This document shows positions 42,256 through 53,455 of a stretch of DNA of 53,455 bases, one piece after another. Each line of letters opens with the position of its first letter. The first letter of the stretch is position 1. The notes below the pieces were generated by a model. That model searched no databases and had not been told where the DNA came from. It saw only the letters and a program-made list of their open reading frames with translations. Made by a program: the position numbers and the translations under genes. The DNA lies in NCBI GenBank assembly GCA_900617105.1, contig UYFQ01000156.1, forward strand, positions 1-53,455, in the 5' to 3' direction. The DNA comes from Hydrurus foetidus (lineage: Eukaryota).

Positions 42256-45200
42256 TTCACTAGCTAAGGATGTAAATGTTCCGTGTGGGGAAACCGGACT
42301 GCATGACGTATTTGCAACGTCGACCGGTTACCCTGCGTTTGTGCCATTGTTAGATAAAGCATGCAGCTTGGAGAATTTTTGTCCACTGAACAGTAAAAAT
42401 TGTGGGGGTGACCCTGTGATTTTTAGTGCGAATGTATATACACACAGTTCCACATTTACAGATAGACAAGTGTTGTTAGATACATGTGCAGCAGAGTCAG
42501 TATTTTGTAGTGGAGATTTATTTTATAGTATTATGCCGTCCGCTACCCCGATGATTATTAATGGAGTGAACCCTCAGGGGAACCCTTGATAATCACGGAG
42601 TGTGGCGAGACGGACTTCGGAACAGTTTACTACGATAGCAATTGTATAGCAAATATATTATCCTTCGGTAACATAGTCAGCTCGAGCGAGTCAGTTAGCT
42701 ATGACAGTGACCAGGATTGTTACAAAGTTAGGATGATTAAGTTAGGACCTGTATATAGATTTGTCCATGATCAGTCTACGAACATATATCTATGCGACTT
42801 AGACAGAAATGTCAGTTACAAGAATGTATCGTTCGATAAATCGATCATGGTCATGACAGTTAAGGATAAGAAGAAACTGTATACAGCTAGACAAGTTAAG
42901 TCAGCAGAGTTAGCTAGAGAGTATCAGAGAAAGTTAGGTTACGCCAGCCCAGGACAGTTAATTAAATTAATAGGTCAGGGGAAATTAGATAAGAGTGACA
43001 TAACAGCACAAGATGTAGTTAGAGCATTAGATATTTTTGGACCAGATTTGGGTTCCCTTAAGGGGAAAACAACTAGTCACAAAACTGAGTTAGAGGAAGA
43101 GATGCCAGTTGTAGATAGGCAGTTCCTGAACCAGGTTATGTACATAGATTTGATGTTTGTGAACTCGATACCCTATCTAGTCACTGTTACAAATCCCTTA
43201 GAATATGTGATGATATGTAAACTCTCACGTAAAAACAAGTCTTCCTTATGGATGAACTTAGAGAGCAACATACATCACATTACTAAGTATGGATTTAAGA
43301 TAACTATGATAAGAATAGACGGAGAGTCGGCAGTTAACACTATAAGTTTTGAGAGTAAGCTAGCCGCACTAGGTATTATATTAGACAGTACTGGAGCAGG
43401 AGAAGCAGTAGCTGTAGTTGAGAGGAAGATCAGAGTGATCAAGGAACGTGTTCGTGCCATCATTAACACGGTACCTTTTTCACTGAGTGAGCTACTAGAA
43501 AGTTGGTTACTTAGATATGTTGTGAACAGATTAAATTTAGTACCAACTAGAAACAGTGTAGCTTACGTCAGCCCCAGAGAGAAATTATACGGTAGAAAGA
43601 TTAACGTAGATAAGGAGTTGAAACACGGTTTCGGTGATTACGTACAAGTACATACCGACTCCGTGGACAACTCGACTAAACCCAGATCACAGGCAGCAAT
43701 AGCATTAGTTAGTGCAGGCAACCTAGAAGGTTCATGGTATTATCTGCTGTTAGCTAACTTAAAAGTAGTAAAGAGGACAAAGGCTACTAGCCTACCCATG
43801 ACAGATGATGTGATCAGTTACCTCGATAAGTTAGCATCTGAGAGGAAATTAAATATGTCAGTGAATGTCAAGCAACCTATTTTCGAACAGAGTAATCAAA
43901 TCCTCGAAGACGATGGAAATGATTACTCCAACGATGAATTTGAGTTGCAGACACCTGACATGATAACACCGTATAGTTACCCCACAGCAGACGAATTTGT
44001 GCATCATGAGATAGCAAATAATTTTGACTCATACGATGGCAATTCTGATGTAGCTTACGAATCAGAGTTCGAACAATTAACAGAATACATACCAAATGAT
44101 ATATACGTTAATGAAGGAGAGGATGTAGTGTATGACGATACACCAACTGACCCCGATGCATTAATGAATGATATATTTGGTGTAGACAGTGATGATGAGG
44201 TAGATACCCCACCACAGAAAATAGCAAGTCAGAGGAAATTCTAGATAAACAACCCAGACGTAGTGCTAGAAACCATCAGCCAGGTAGATGGAACAAGAGA
44301 TTAGTAGGTTTAAGTATACCTAGCTACAAAGATTCAGTTATGTGTAAGTACATGATGAACATGACCGTAACAGAAGGAGTACAGAAATTAGGCGAGATAG
44401 CCGTAGATTCCATTAAAAGAGTTACAACAGATGTGTGATAAGAATGTGTGGGAGGCAGTTCACCTCAACAGTCTTAGTTACAATCAGAGGAAAAGTATCA
44501 TAACCAGCAGTATGTTTTAAAAGATAAGTATACAGCAGATGGTAAATTTGATAAGCTAAAATCTAGACTTGTAGCAGGAGGTCACTTACAAGATAGAAAT
44601 ATATATGATAACGGTTCATCACCAACTGTTAGCACCACTAGCGTATTTATTGTTGCTGCAATTGCTGCTAGTGAAAATCGAGCGGTCGCTACGATCGATT
44701 TTCCTGGTGCATTCCTCAACAGTGATATGCCACTAGACGGTGACCATGCAGTGCTGATGAGACTGAATAAATATTTGACTAACATATTAGTTAGCATTGA
44801 CAAGTCCTATCAGAAGTATGTAAATGAGAAAGGAACAGTAGTAGTTAAGCTTAAGAAAGCATTATATGGATGTGTAGAGTCAGCTAAGTTATGGTACGAT
44901 AAAATATCATCAGACTTAACACAGTTAGGCTATAAGGTAAATCCATCAGACATATGTGTATTCAATAGGACTGAGCTAGATTCCACTCAGACTACTTTAG
45001 TTATCCATGTTGATGATATGATGATCAGCAGTAGGGATGAGAAGCGTATAGATAGTATAATTTCAGAGATAGAAAAACTATACCCAGGCCTGACTAAGAG
45101 TAGAGGCAGAGTGTTGAATTATATAGGTATGACTTTTAACTTTGAGCAGTTAGGCAGAGTTGTCATATCCATGGAAGGTTTCATAAAAGACTTGTTAGAC

Positions 45201-45955
45201 GATTGCATAGAGATTGTGGGGTGTCTAGAACACCTGCCGACGATAATCTATTCAAGATCGATCTTAACAGTCCTTTATTGAAAGATAAAGAACGTGAGAG
45301 ATTCCACTCACTAACAGCTAAGTTGTTATATTTAAGTAAGAGAACCAGACCAGACATACTGACATGTATAGCATATCTAACTAAAAGAGTCTTAGAACCT
45401 AGAACCGACGACTGGAATAAGTTAGCGCATACTATACGGTATATCAGAGAGACCAGAGCTACGCCGCTGACCCTAGAGGTAGATACTCCGGTTAAGGTTA
45501 TAGCCTATATAGATGCATCATACGCTGTACATGCAGATAAGAAGAGTCACACTGGCTGTATTATAACACTAGGTAAGGGAGCAATATATGGTAAGAGTTC
45601 CACTCAGAAATTAAATACTACGTCTAGCACAGAGGCAGAACTAGTAGCTATGACTGAAGCAGGTAATCAGGTTTTATGGACTAGGAATTTCCTTATCCAT
45701 CAAGAGTATGAGGTAGGTCCAGCTTTAATCTACCAAGATAACCTATCCACAATTCAGTTAGTTAAGAACGGTAGGTCAAACAGTGAAAGAACTAGACACA
45801 TAGACATCAAGTTTTTCTTCCTGCATGACCGAATTAAATCAGACCATATTATTGTAACCTACAAGAGTACTAAAGAAATGATTGCAGATTTGCTGACCAA
45901 GCCACTGCAGGGGAAGCTATTCCAAGAGCTACGTGACCAAGTGCTCAATGTATAA
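42181..45955 (+). pseudogene. pol: Copia-1 Pol (PR-INT-RT-RNaseH), split by ~6 small indels in this sequence
   Basis: PR LLDTCA; INT YIDLMF / RIDGES / VVERKIR; RT KLKSRLVAGG, LKKALYGC, IHVDDM; RH YIDAS, TEAEL, QDN, IADLLTKPL. Frame breaks near 42180, 42586, 44210, 44416, 44517 and 45218. The start coordinate is approximate. Confidence 0.92.
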
Positions 45956-46466
45956 AGAAATTCAGGGGAGTTATTTATTGATTTTGACTTACCCAATTAT
46001 ATAGCGCTTTTTCCAGATGAAATCCAAAATAAAAATAAAAATCTGATTTCGCTTTAAATCAACATTTGTTTGATAGGACCGCGAGGGACATCGATGCACC
46101 GCTTTTGCGACATCGAATGTCGACGTTTTAGCGGATTTAAGGGCACCAACATCGGTTGGATCGAACTCGAGACCGGTCACCAGCTGAGGCTTTTTGACGG
46201 TTTAGAAATAGTTTTTCTCGAGTAATACTTACCCGCTAATCCAACCACCCATGTTTTATTTTACACCACATCACGACGCAACTTGTCAATATTAAAAAAT
46301 TCCGTGAAAAATATTTTTAAGAAAATTTACTGTTTACCATACCCTAACACTAAGTTCCCTATCTGAGTGTTGTGTGAAACATTATGAACAATAACCAATA
46401 AGTATACTATATAAGCATATGCTAATTAACATATTCACTTATTCAAACAATAACCATCATGGGGTG

Positions 46467-46745
46467 TGTTGTGATATCCGGATTAGACTAGGATCCTGTA
46501 CCCTGTGTGATGTATGATTGTTTTCATGCACGGGTGTACGTACATTCAGCGATAACATTGACCGCAACCCTCGCACTCATGTTATGCTACCTAGATGTAA
46601 TCGACAGCATGTCACTGTCGTTTAATCCAACTTACCGAATAGAACGTCTTCTTCTCTTTTGAGCAAGCGTTGCTAGCAGTCGGAAGTGCAGGGATCGTTT
46701 GGGAACTCGGAAGAAATTCCGTGTAAATCGCCCAGATTTCCAACA
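46467..46745 (+). repeat. 3' LTR of Copia-1 (279 bp)
   Basis: TGTTGTGATATCCGG...GATTTCCAACA, followed by the TSD ACAAG. Confidence 0.97.
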
Positions 46746-47002
46746 ACAAGCAACCAACCGGCCCACTCACACGATTCTCACGGAACTCTCACTCAGAGTT
46801 GAAATACCATCTCGTCTTGGACATCACCTAATCAGGTGGAAATCTATCAAATCAAACCACACTTCGATCAAATTGGCACAGTCAATGTTTCCCAACGATT
46901 GTGATCGCTGACCGCCGTGGTATTTGGATTTTGAAAAAATTAGGCGAGAGGTTGGTGAGAATCGTGTGAGTGGGCCGGTTGGTTGCTTGTGCCCCCTCTC
47001 TT

Positions 47003-48719
47003 TATGGCGCGCCATGTCGAACCCCTAGATTTTTTGCGAAAATTGAAAATTGAACCCCCGAATTTTTTCCGACAATGTTTTTTCTTCAACAATAATTTTT
47101 GCACGCCGGATTATTTTGTTGAAACGAAAAATGTCGGACATCATCGAGAGAGAGATGACCGTTCACATCTCACATCTCACAGCAATACAGCAGTACGTTG
47201 CAATATTGAGAGAGGGTTCCCTTACACGGATACTTGACAGTTAGATAGGAGCTTCACTGCTGCTCATCAGGTAACTTCGCTCCTGATTTGCTGCATCAAT
47301 TACACCAAGAATTTCACAGTAATTTTTCTCTGAGAGACCACAGAGGTTGCTGAATCTTGGGAAAGTTCCCATGAACGGAGGCAGCCCTCCATTTGAGACA
47401 ACAGCTGGCGAAGTTGATCAACTTCGCCAACTTGGATTGAACTGGACGCAGGTAAGTCATCATCTCGGGACCTCGACGAAGACCCTGCTGAAGTGAAGGC
47501 ATAAGAATGGCTACCAGGTGTGAATTGAAGGATAGATTAGCATGTTTTGAGCAATCTCTGCTTCATTCAATGAAGTTGACTGTTAAGAAGTTGCAAATAT
47601 TTCGATGACAAATTCACTGCATGGCATTATGTTTTCCCACAGCTCATTAAACTAAAGCGACACAGTAATAAAACTCTCGCGAAATTTGCAAGAATTTTCC
47701 TACTTATAGAATTCTGATTTCATCTGATTTTCAAACATCATTTTGAGTGTCCCTTTCACCTCTGCTTTAACCCAGGACCTCGAGGACTTTCAGGAGGAGG
47801 AAGCTGACCATATCGTCAGGCGATATACATCTTTAAACCCAGAGAGGGGTGAGAGGATGATACAGGGTGACTTGCGTTCTCGCTCGAGAATGCTCTTCAC
47901 CCGGCAGCAGCTTCGTGACACCATACATCGTGTCGATGAAGATGGTGTCGTCGCGCGTGGAGAATTTTTGAATAGACGTATTATCAGGTAACCATGCTCA
48001 ACATCTCACAAAATTATGACCAACAAAATTTTGAGATCATTAATTTAAAGATATTAATTCTAGGCGTGTGTACAATGTAGCTGGACCGCACCATCTTTGG
48101 CATATGGATGGACATCACAAACTGATTCGATATCGGTTGGTTACTCATGGATGCATCGACGGCAATACCAGGTAATGATTTCAGCCATATTACAGATTAT
48201 CAACTCACCATATGTAATTGTAAAGTACGATAGTAGTAAATTCTTAGTTCCTGTTTATTGTCATTCAAATGTGTCTTTTGTAGACGCTATTTAGCAATAA
48301 TTTTCAGAAATTGCGCTTACTTGTACAAATTTTTTTTTGCTGCATTTCCGTATTCTTTCTAAGTGTATACTGTAACATCAATAAATTATTTATATCGCAA
48401 ATTGGGGAATTTTAAATCTTGAACAACATTATGTTCTGTTCGTTTAGTTATCACGAATATGTTATAAGTACAAAAACAAATCAACGTTATGTCTCGAGTA
48501 CATAGGGCTGTAATATACCTTGGTATCCGAGATAACAATCGGAGTCAAACTGTTCTAGCTCTTTTCGAGGAGGGAGTTGAAGAATTCACTCTCCCCTCGA
48601 GGGTGAGAGGGGATCAAGGTGGGGAGAATGTGCTTGTAGCTGATTACATGATTCGACGTCGAGGACCAAACAGAGGCTCCTACATTACAGGCTCCTCTAA
48701 GTTTAATACTCGGTAAGCT
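47003..48719 (+). mobile_element. Left part of an IS3EU-like DNA transposon, interrupted by Copia-2
   Basis: Begins TATGG (IS3EU-type TAY terminus, inferred) 128 bp before the transposase ATG. The right end is outside the window. Confidence 0.55.
47131..48712 (+). pseudogene. IS3EU/IS481-like integrase-core transposase, multi-exon, disrupted (clear exons 47776-47987, 48064-48171, 48506-48712)
   Basis: Spliced product reads GERMIQGDLRSR...RRIIRRVYNVAGPHHLWHMDGHHKLIRYRLVTHGCIDGNTRAVIYL...PSRVRGDQGGEN...GSSKFNTR. An upstream HTH-like exon ends LRQLGLNWTQ at 47451. There is an in-frame TAG at 47242-47244 in the putative first exon. The intron starting at 48713 holds Copia-2, so the catalytic Glu exon is not in the window. 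Confidence 0.85.
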
Positions 48720-49227
48720 TGTGAGTCAGACTGTGGAGTGAAGCGAGCTACCTGTTGGCTGCGGAAGCGCAAAGGAAAGACTGGCTGATGGAAGTGGTCT
48801 CGGAAGACGTGTTTACTTACAACGATCAAGTAGTAAAACAACTGGCGATGATATCAGAGAAGACAACCATCAAAGAAGCAGAGCAAAGCATCCATTGTGC
48901 ATGAAATGGTGATCGCCGAAGTGGAAACATATTCAGCGAATATTCAAGTTGGCGATTGAGCAATGGGCGGAACCCTCGCTGCTCATGAAATCGGATGCTT
49001 GGTGGAAACCGGATACCTGGTGGAAATCCGGATGCTTGGTGGTGAAAAACCGGATGCTTGGTGATGGCCCCGAAGGGGGATATCGCTAGAAGAACGATGA
49101 GCGTATGTACACAACAGTGTATGGCGGTGTTTTGGGTGAGGAAGCGCTACACTACTTGTGACATGTGAATGCTAATCTACAGATGAAACTATGCTAACAG
49201 ATCATGCATGAATATGCTGGACTGACA
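48720..49227 (-). repeat. Probable 3' LTR of Copia-2 (~508 bp)
   Basis: Bounded by TGTGAGTC...GACTGACA (imperfect terminal inverted repeat, TG...CA) and preceded on the minus strand by the purine tract ACGGGGAG. Contains four copies of an ~18-22 bp CGGATGCTTGGTG repeat (48987-49063). The second LTR is unavailable for confirmation. Confidence 0.78.
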
Positions 49228-49433
49228 CTCCCCGTAGTGAAGATGTAGCTGAACGTGTTATTGAGAGTATCGAAATGAATGATATGTGTATATATACTCC
49301 CGTACTGAGGATGTACTCCCCGTACGAGAGATTTGGCAAAAAGTGTAAAAAGTTAGTTATAATATATGCGTGCACTCATATAAGATAGTAAAATTAGTAC
49401 GTATGTTAGAAATATGGATATTAAGTATTTATG

Positions 49434-52400
49434 TTATTTAATATTATTTCGTAAAGACTTGTCAACGAGCCTGTGCGTTAGGTATTCGAAAAGTGGTAGT
49501 GGAACTCTTTTCGTACCTATGTCTGAGTTGTTTTCGCCCGAAGGGATTTTAACAATGACACAGGTACCATCGGCGACTTTGTCCTTAAAGTAGTTTTCGC
49601 TCAGGTCAATGTGACGAAGGTTCTTGGTCATGTGTGTATGATTTGAAGCATCAACACAAGCAGAATTGTCTTCTTCGATGACTGTAGGAGCTTGTGTCCA
49701 TCCCATGTGGTTTAGTATGCCCCGGAGGGGAATGACATCGGATTTTAGTGCGTGATTAACTGCCTTGATTTCGGATTCTGCAGTTGATGATGAGATGCTG
49801 CCTTGGTCGGTACTCTTCCAGCAGATGACATTGTCGGCGAGGTAGCCAATGTAGGAGGTCTGGGAGTGACGGTTGTCTTTGTTACCGGCGAGGTCGGCGT
49901 CGCATTGGAACTTCAACTGCAGTAGACTGGTCATCGTAGCGATGTCGGTGGGACCGTCGTGTGGTGAATTTCAGTCTATCCATCTTGGCGTATTTGACAT
50001 ATCGAAGTAGGTGTTTAAGGAACTTGATGTGTCGTGCACCTGGACTGTTACTATATCTGGATAGTATGTTGAGCGCGTACATGATTGTAATCAATGTGTG
50101 TACCATTCCGTACATAAGTTGACCAACTACCCGTCGGTAGGGATACTTATTATACATGTGCCTATCGAGATCGGTAGAGTTGTCCGCCTTGGACAGACTC
50201 TCACCAGAAGGTGGATATGGTAGATGCTCATCGGCGGCGCCAGCAAGGTTGGCCTCCGATACGATGGATGTGATCATGCGTGACTGATCCATGTAGTAGT
50301 TGAAGTGTTCATCGCATGTAATGCGGATGCCGACGAACTCTTTGGAGGTCGCGTCGGTGACTTCATACTTGTGGGAGTTGAATGTAGCGATGAGGAGATC
50401 CCATTCGCTAATGAGTGCAAGTGGTCCGAACCATCTGAAGTCGTCTGAGTGTGCTATCAGTATCAGGGGTTGACCTTGGACCCACTTAAAGAAGAACTTT
50501 AAGTCCCACGGTGTGTTTTCGTATCCACATTCGCGTACACATTTGTCGAATTCCTTTGAGAAATTCTGGCCTGCTGGTGGAAAACCGTAGAGGTTGCCAA
50601 TGGCTTGAAAGCATGTGCCAAAAGGTGTGGTGTAACCTTGAGGTGTCTTGATGTGAACGGGAAAGTCGGGGTTAGCGAGTGTGATTAAGTAGGCGCCTAC
50701 TAAATCTCCTCCCCGCATGGATAGTTTGTAGGTTGCGGCGATGACGAGTGCAATCTTGATCGATGACGCATTGACATTACCGCAGTATACTGCGTAGGGG
50801 TCGAAGTCGACCCAGGGTATCATGAGATCACCACGACCTACGAGGCGGGCCTTCTTGGTGCCGTCAGTCTTGATACTGAAGAGCCACATCATTGGTACGA
50901 GGTGCTGGCCGGTGAAGGGGACAGACCTGAAGCAGTTGTTGACTTCAAACTTAGTGCGCTCAGTGTTGATGGCCTGTTCCCACTCTGGGTACTGCATTGC
51001 GGTCCAGAAGTCTTTGGGGATGTAGGGATCCTTGATTTGGACTGCTATGTTGTAGTGCAGGACACGGAAGAGGTGAACAGGGAAGCATGTGGAAGAACTG
51101 GTGTAGGTGGACCAGTATATCATGTCATCGTTGACTGAGTGCTCTGTCTCAGGTACAGGGGTTATATAGTCGGGGTCGATAAGGGGTGCAGGTGAGGGGA
51201 GGCCGGGTAGGTCGACTCGCTCAGGCACCACAATAGGGTCATTATCATTATCAGTATAGTAGAGGGACGGGATGAGGGCGAAGGCCTCGTCGGTAGGGAA
51301 GTGTGCATCTGAGTCATGCTTGAAGTTGTTGTGCATGTCGAAGATGACATCCTTACTGACTCGAACAGTACCGTAGGTGTTCTTGGGTAGTATTTCTAAT
51401 ACTAAATATTGTGGTATTAGTATAGATGTAAAACTATAACCAACGAACCGAGCACGGTAGGCACGAGGTGACCCAACTTTACTTTTCTGATCTTTGGGTG
51501 CGTGCTTGACATAGCAGGGTGCCCAGAATGGTCGAAGCATCCTGATGTCCACGTGTTGCCCAGAAGTGAAGTGATACGGAGAAGTACCAATACGCTTGTT
51601 AAGGTTAAAGGAATGAGTAACACATGCATAGGACATTGCAAGGTCCCAGAACTTCATTGGCACATGCGGAACAGGGGTTATCATGGCAACGTTGGTCTTG
51701 AGAGCTACAATGCCGACTGCTCGCTCAGCGATGCCGTTGGCATGTTTGTCACGAGGTGCAGTGTGCTCAAGTCGGTATCGGTATCGGGCGCAAAGCGCAG
51801 TAAATTCTTCAGATCGGTAGTTGGCCTCTGGGTCATGCCGGATGAAGCGATCAACCCCAGGGGTATTGTGGTTCCATTGGGGGGTTAGGTCGAAGAAGGC
51901 TGCAATGCGGGCACAGAGTTCAGAGGCGGACCGGTCTTTTGTATATACAGGATAGTATTGTCCCGACGCGAGGTCGGTGAGGATGTGAGTGTAACGGTAG
52001 TTACGGAATGATGGAGTCGAGTGGGTATAGGCATCCAAGGAGAACTGCTGGCCGACGAGGGTAGTGGTGTCTCTGTGAATGCGACGATAGTCTGTGGATG
52101 CTTGACGCATTGCGCCATGGGCGCATCCAGGACAGACCGGACGGGAGGTGTGTGCATCTTTGGTGGTGAAGCGAGCATTGAGGGAATGATCGCGGTGCCA
52201 TGCCATGCCTGGAAGACCGGGGTGGCCTGTGGCTTGATGCACGTGGTCGTACAGTGAAGCGGGAGTATAGTGTGACCAAAAGACTCTCCCGAGTGGTTGG
52301 TCAGTAGGGAGTCTCCACGTAGAGGCCGTCTTGGACGGTTCCACGGGTGACCTCCTTTCCATGCTGAGCTACCAGTGCAATGTAGGGAAGGGCTGATGCA

Positions 52401-53346
52401 GTCTCATAGAAGCGGAAGTCTTTATGAGTGAAGATGCCGATGAAGTGGTCGTTGGTGACACCGCCAGCGCAGAACTGGGAGACAGAGACAAGGGTGCTGT
52501 CGCCTAGTGCAGGGAGAAGGAGGGTGCTAAGCTCCAACGGTCCGAGGCTGCCTTGGTGTGTTGGTGTCATGGACGGACCGAATGCAGGGGTGACTGTGAC
52601 GGATGTGCTGACAGGTTCAATGCTGGTAAGACGTTGGGAGCGGCCGGTGCCAGAGCGTGAAGCACCAGAGTCGAAGATGACCTTGTCGGGGACGTGGAAC
52701 GAGTTGAGTCTCTCATGTTGGGACTTGACGACGAATGTGTTGAGCTTGAGTCGGAGGTACCGCCGGATGGTGCAGGAGGGCGAGCTGATGCAAGCGGAGG
52801 GCGAGTACTGTTGAAGGCATGTCGGACATTTGTCGAGCGTTGAGATCCGACTGGTGGAGTCATTCGGTGGCGCTGGGCACGAGGCATAGTGAAAGGCGAG
52901 TCGGATGCAAGTGGTTGCGCGGCTTGCCAACGTTTGAGTGACCCGGTAAGAGGGTCAGAGGGTGTCGATGGAACAGGTGGTAACGGAGTATTGAACTCCG
53001 GAAGCGTAGTGGGAATCGATGCAGAAGGTGAGGCGGAAGAGGATGCTGACGAGGACGAGGTAGTGTCTTGACGCTTAGTGTCCCCTTGAGCCTGGTCTTT
53101 CTGGAATGCGATGCCGCGCTTCCTGGCGTTGTACCGCTGAAGTTCCATGGATGCGTCCGGTGGTACCCATGGGGATGCGTCTGATGGAGGGACCATGAGA
53201 CGTGTGACGGCTCCATGTAGGTAGTTGACATAAGAGAGGGCGCATCGAGGGCCACTGATGTTATGTGTTGGACAGGACATGTTGTACGGGAGGAAACAGA
53301 TGGAGTCTTCGACAGAGGATTCCGAATCGCTCTCATAGTTCCGCAA
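49434..53346 (-). pseudogene. pol: Copia-2 polyprotein (upstream region, PR, INT, RT, RNaseH), split by frameshifts
   Basis: PR IFDSGAS; HHCC finger HQATGH...CPGC; INT FSLDAY / RHDPE / GIAERAV; RT KKARLVGRGD, NLYG, AHSDDF; RH CDADLAG, AESEI, EEDNS, SDIGTK. Frame breaks near 52305, 49960 and upstream of PR. Confidence 0.92.
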
Positions 53347-53455
53347 AGTGTATCTTTGCGTATGTTCTGTGGGGCTGTAGATGCTGCGAGGTCCCTGGCA
53401 AGAGATACTGTGCGGTAGTGTGACTCGGTGGGTTCAACAGGATCAGGTCCGACGA

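Larger units (their letters stand above)
37997..46745 (+). mobile_element. Full-length Ty1/Copia LTR retrotransposon (Copia-1), 5-bp TSD ACAAG
   Basis: TG...CA LTRs of 279 bp; TSD ACAAG at 37992-37996 and 46746-46750; domain order gag-PR-INT-RT-RH; short purine-rich GGGGTG before the 3' LTR. Confidence 0.97.
37980..47002. mobile_element. ~270-bp MITE-like element with 48-bp TIRs, split by Copia-1 (pieces 37980-37996 and 46751-47002)
   Basis: Joining across the ACAAG TSD gives AAGACAGGGGGCACAAGCAACCAACCGGCCCACTCACACGATTCTCAC, the reverse complement (one mismatch) of 46955-47002. Both sides are flanked by TA. No coding capacity; superfamily not assignable. Confidence 0.8.
48720..53455 (-). mobile_element. 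Second Ty1/Copia LTR retrotransposon (Copia-2), minus strand, 5' part beyond the window
   Basis: PR-INT-RT-RH order on the minus strand, a PPT and a 3' LTR. Inserted 7 bp into an intron; the predicted TSD is AAGCT (48715-48719). Confidence 0.93.

Noticed and set aside
45989..46180. Antisense ORF in the Copia-1 3' untranslated region with nearby minus-strand GTAAGT motifs
   Set aside because: Short, GTG start, no recognisable domain; cannot be supported as an extra ORF.
46699..46911. ORF with the same N-terminus (MGTRKKFRVNRPDFQ) as the 40948 ORF
   Set aside because: An artefact of the duplicated LTR with a TTG start, not a gene duplication.
50822..53336. Many short overlapping or antisense ORFs over Copia-2 (and similar ones over the hAT, Sola and Copia-1 genes)
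   Set aside because: Shadow frames of real coding sequence with no independent motifs.

Overview
Eukaryotic heterochromatin-like window with short spliceosomal introns; no clear host gene is present. Positions 1-33787 are a nearly perfectly homogeneous 174-bp, ~33% GC satellite (194 full monomers plus 28 bp, running off the left edge). It ends sharply 111 bp from a 2OG-Fe(II)/PhyH-type dioxygenase gene that lies head-to-head with an apparently intact, 3-exon hAT transposase (probable right end at 37842; no left TIR in the window). The rest is a stack of nested transposons. A ~270-bp MITE is split by a full-length Ty1/Copia element (279-bp identical LTRs, ACAAG TSD), whose 5' LTR is itself split by a Sola DNA transposon (28-bp TIRs, ATAT TSD). 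Next comes an IS3EU-like intron-containing transposase interrupted by a second, minus-strand Copia that runs off the right edge. The most striking observation is that the first Copia has no tRNA-type PBS. The 11 nt after its 5' LTR are perfectly complementary to an 11-mer inside the LTR, the architecture of Tf1-type self-priming, which I know only from the Gypsy Tf1/sushi group. The second highlight is the possible hAT + dioxygenase + internal satellite composite.
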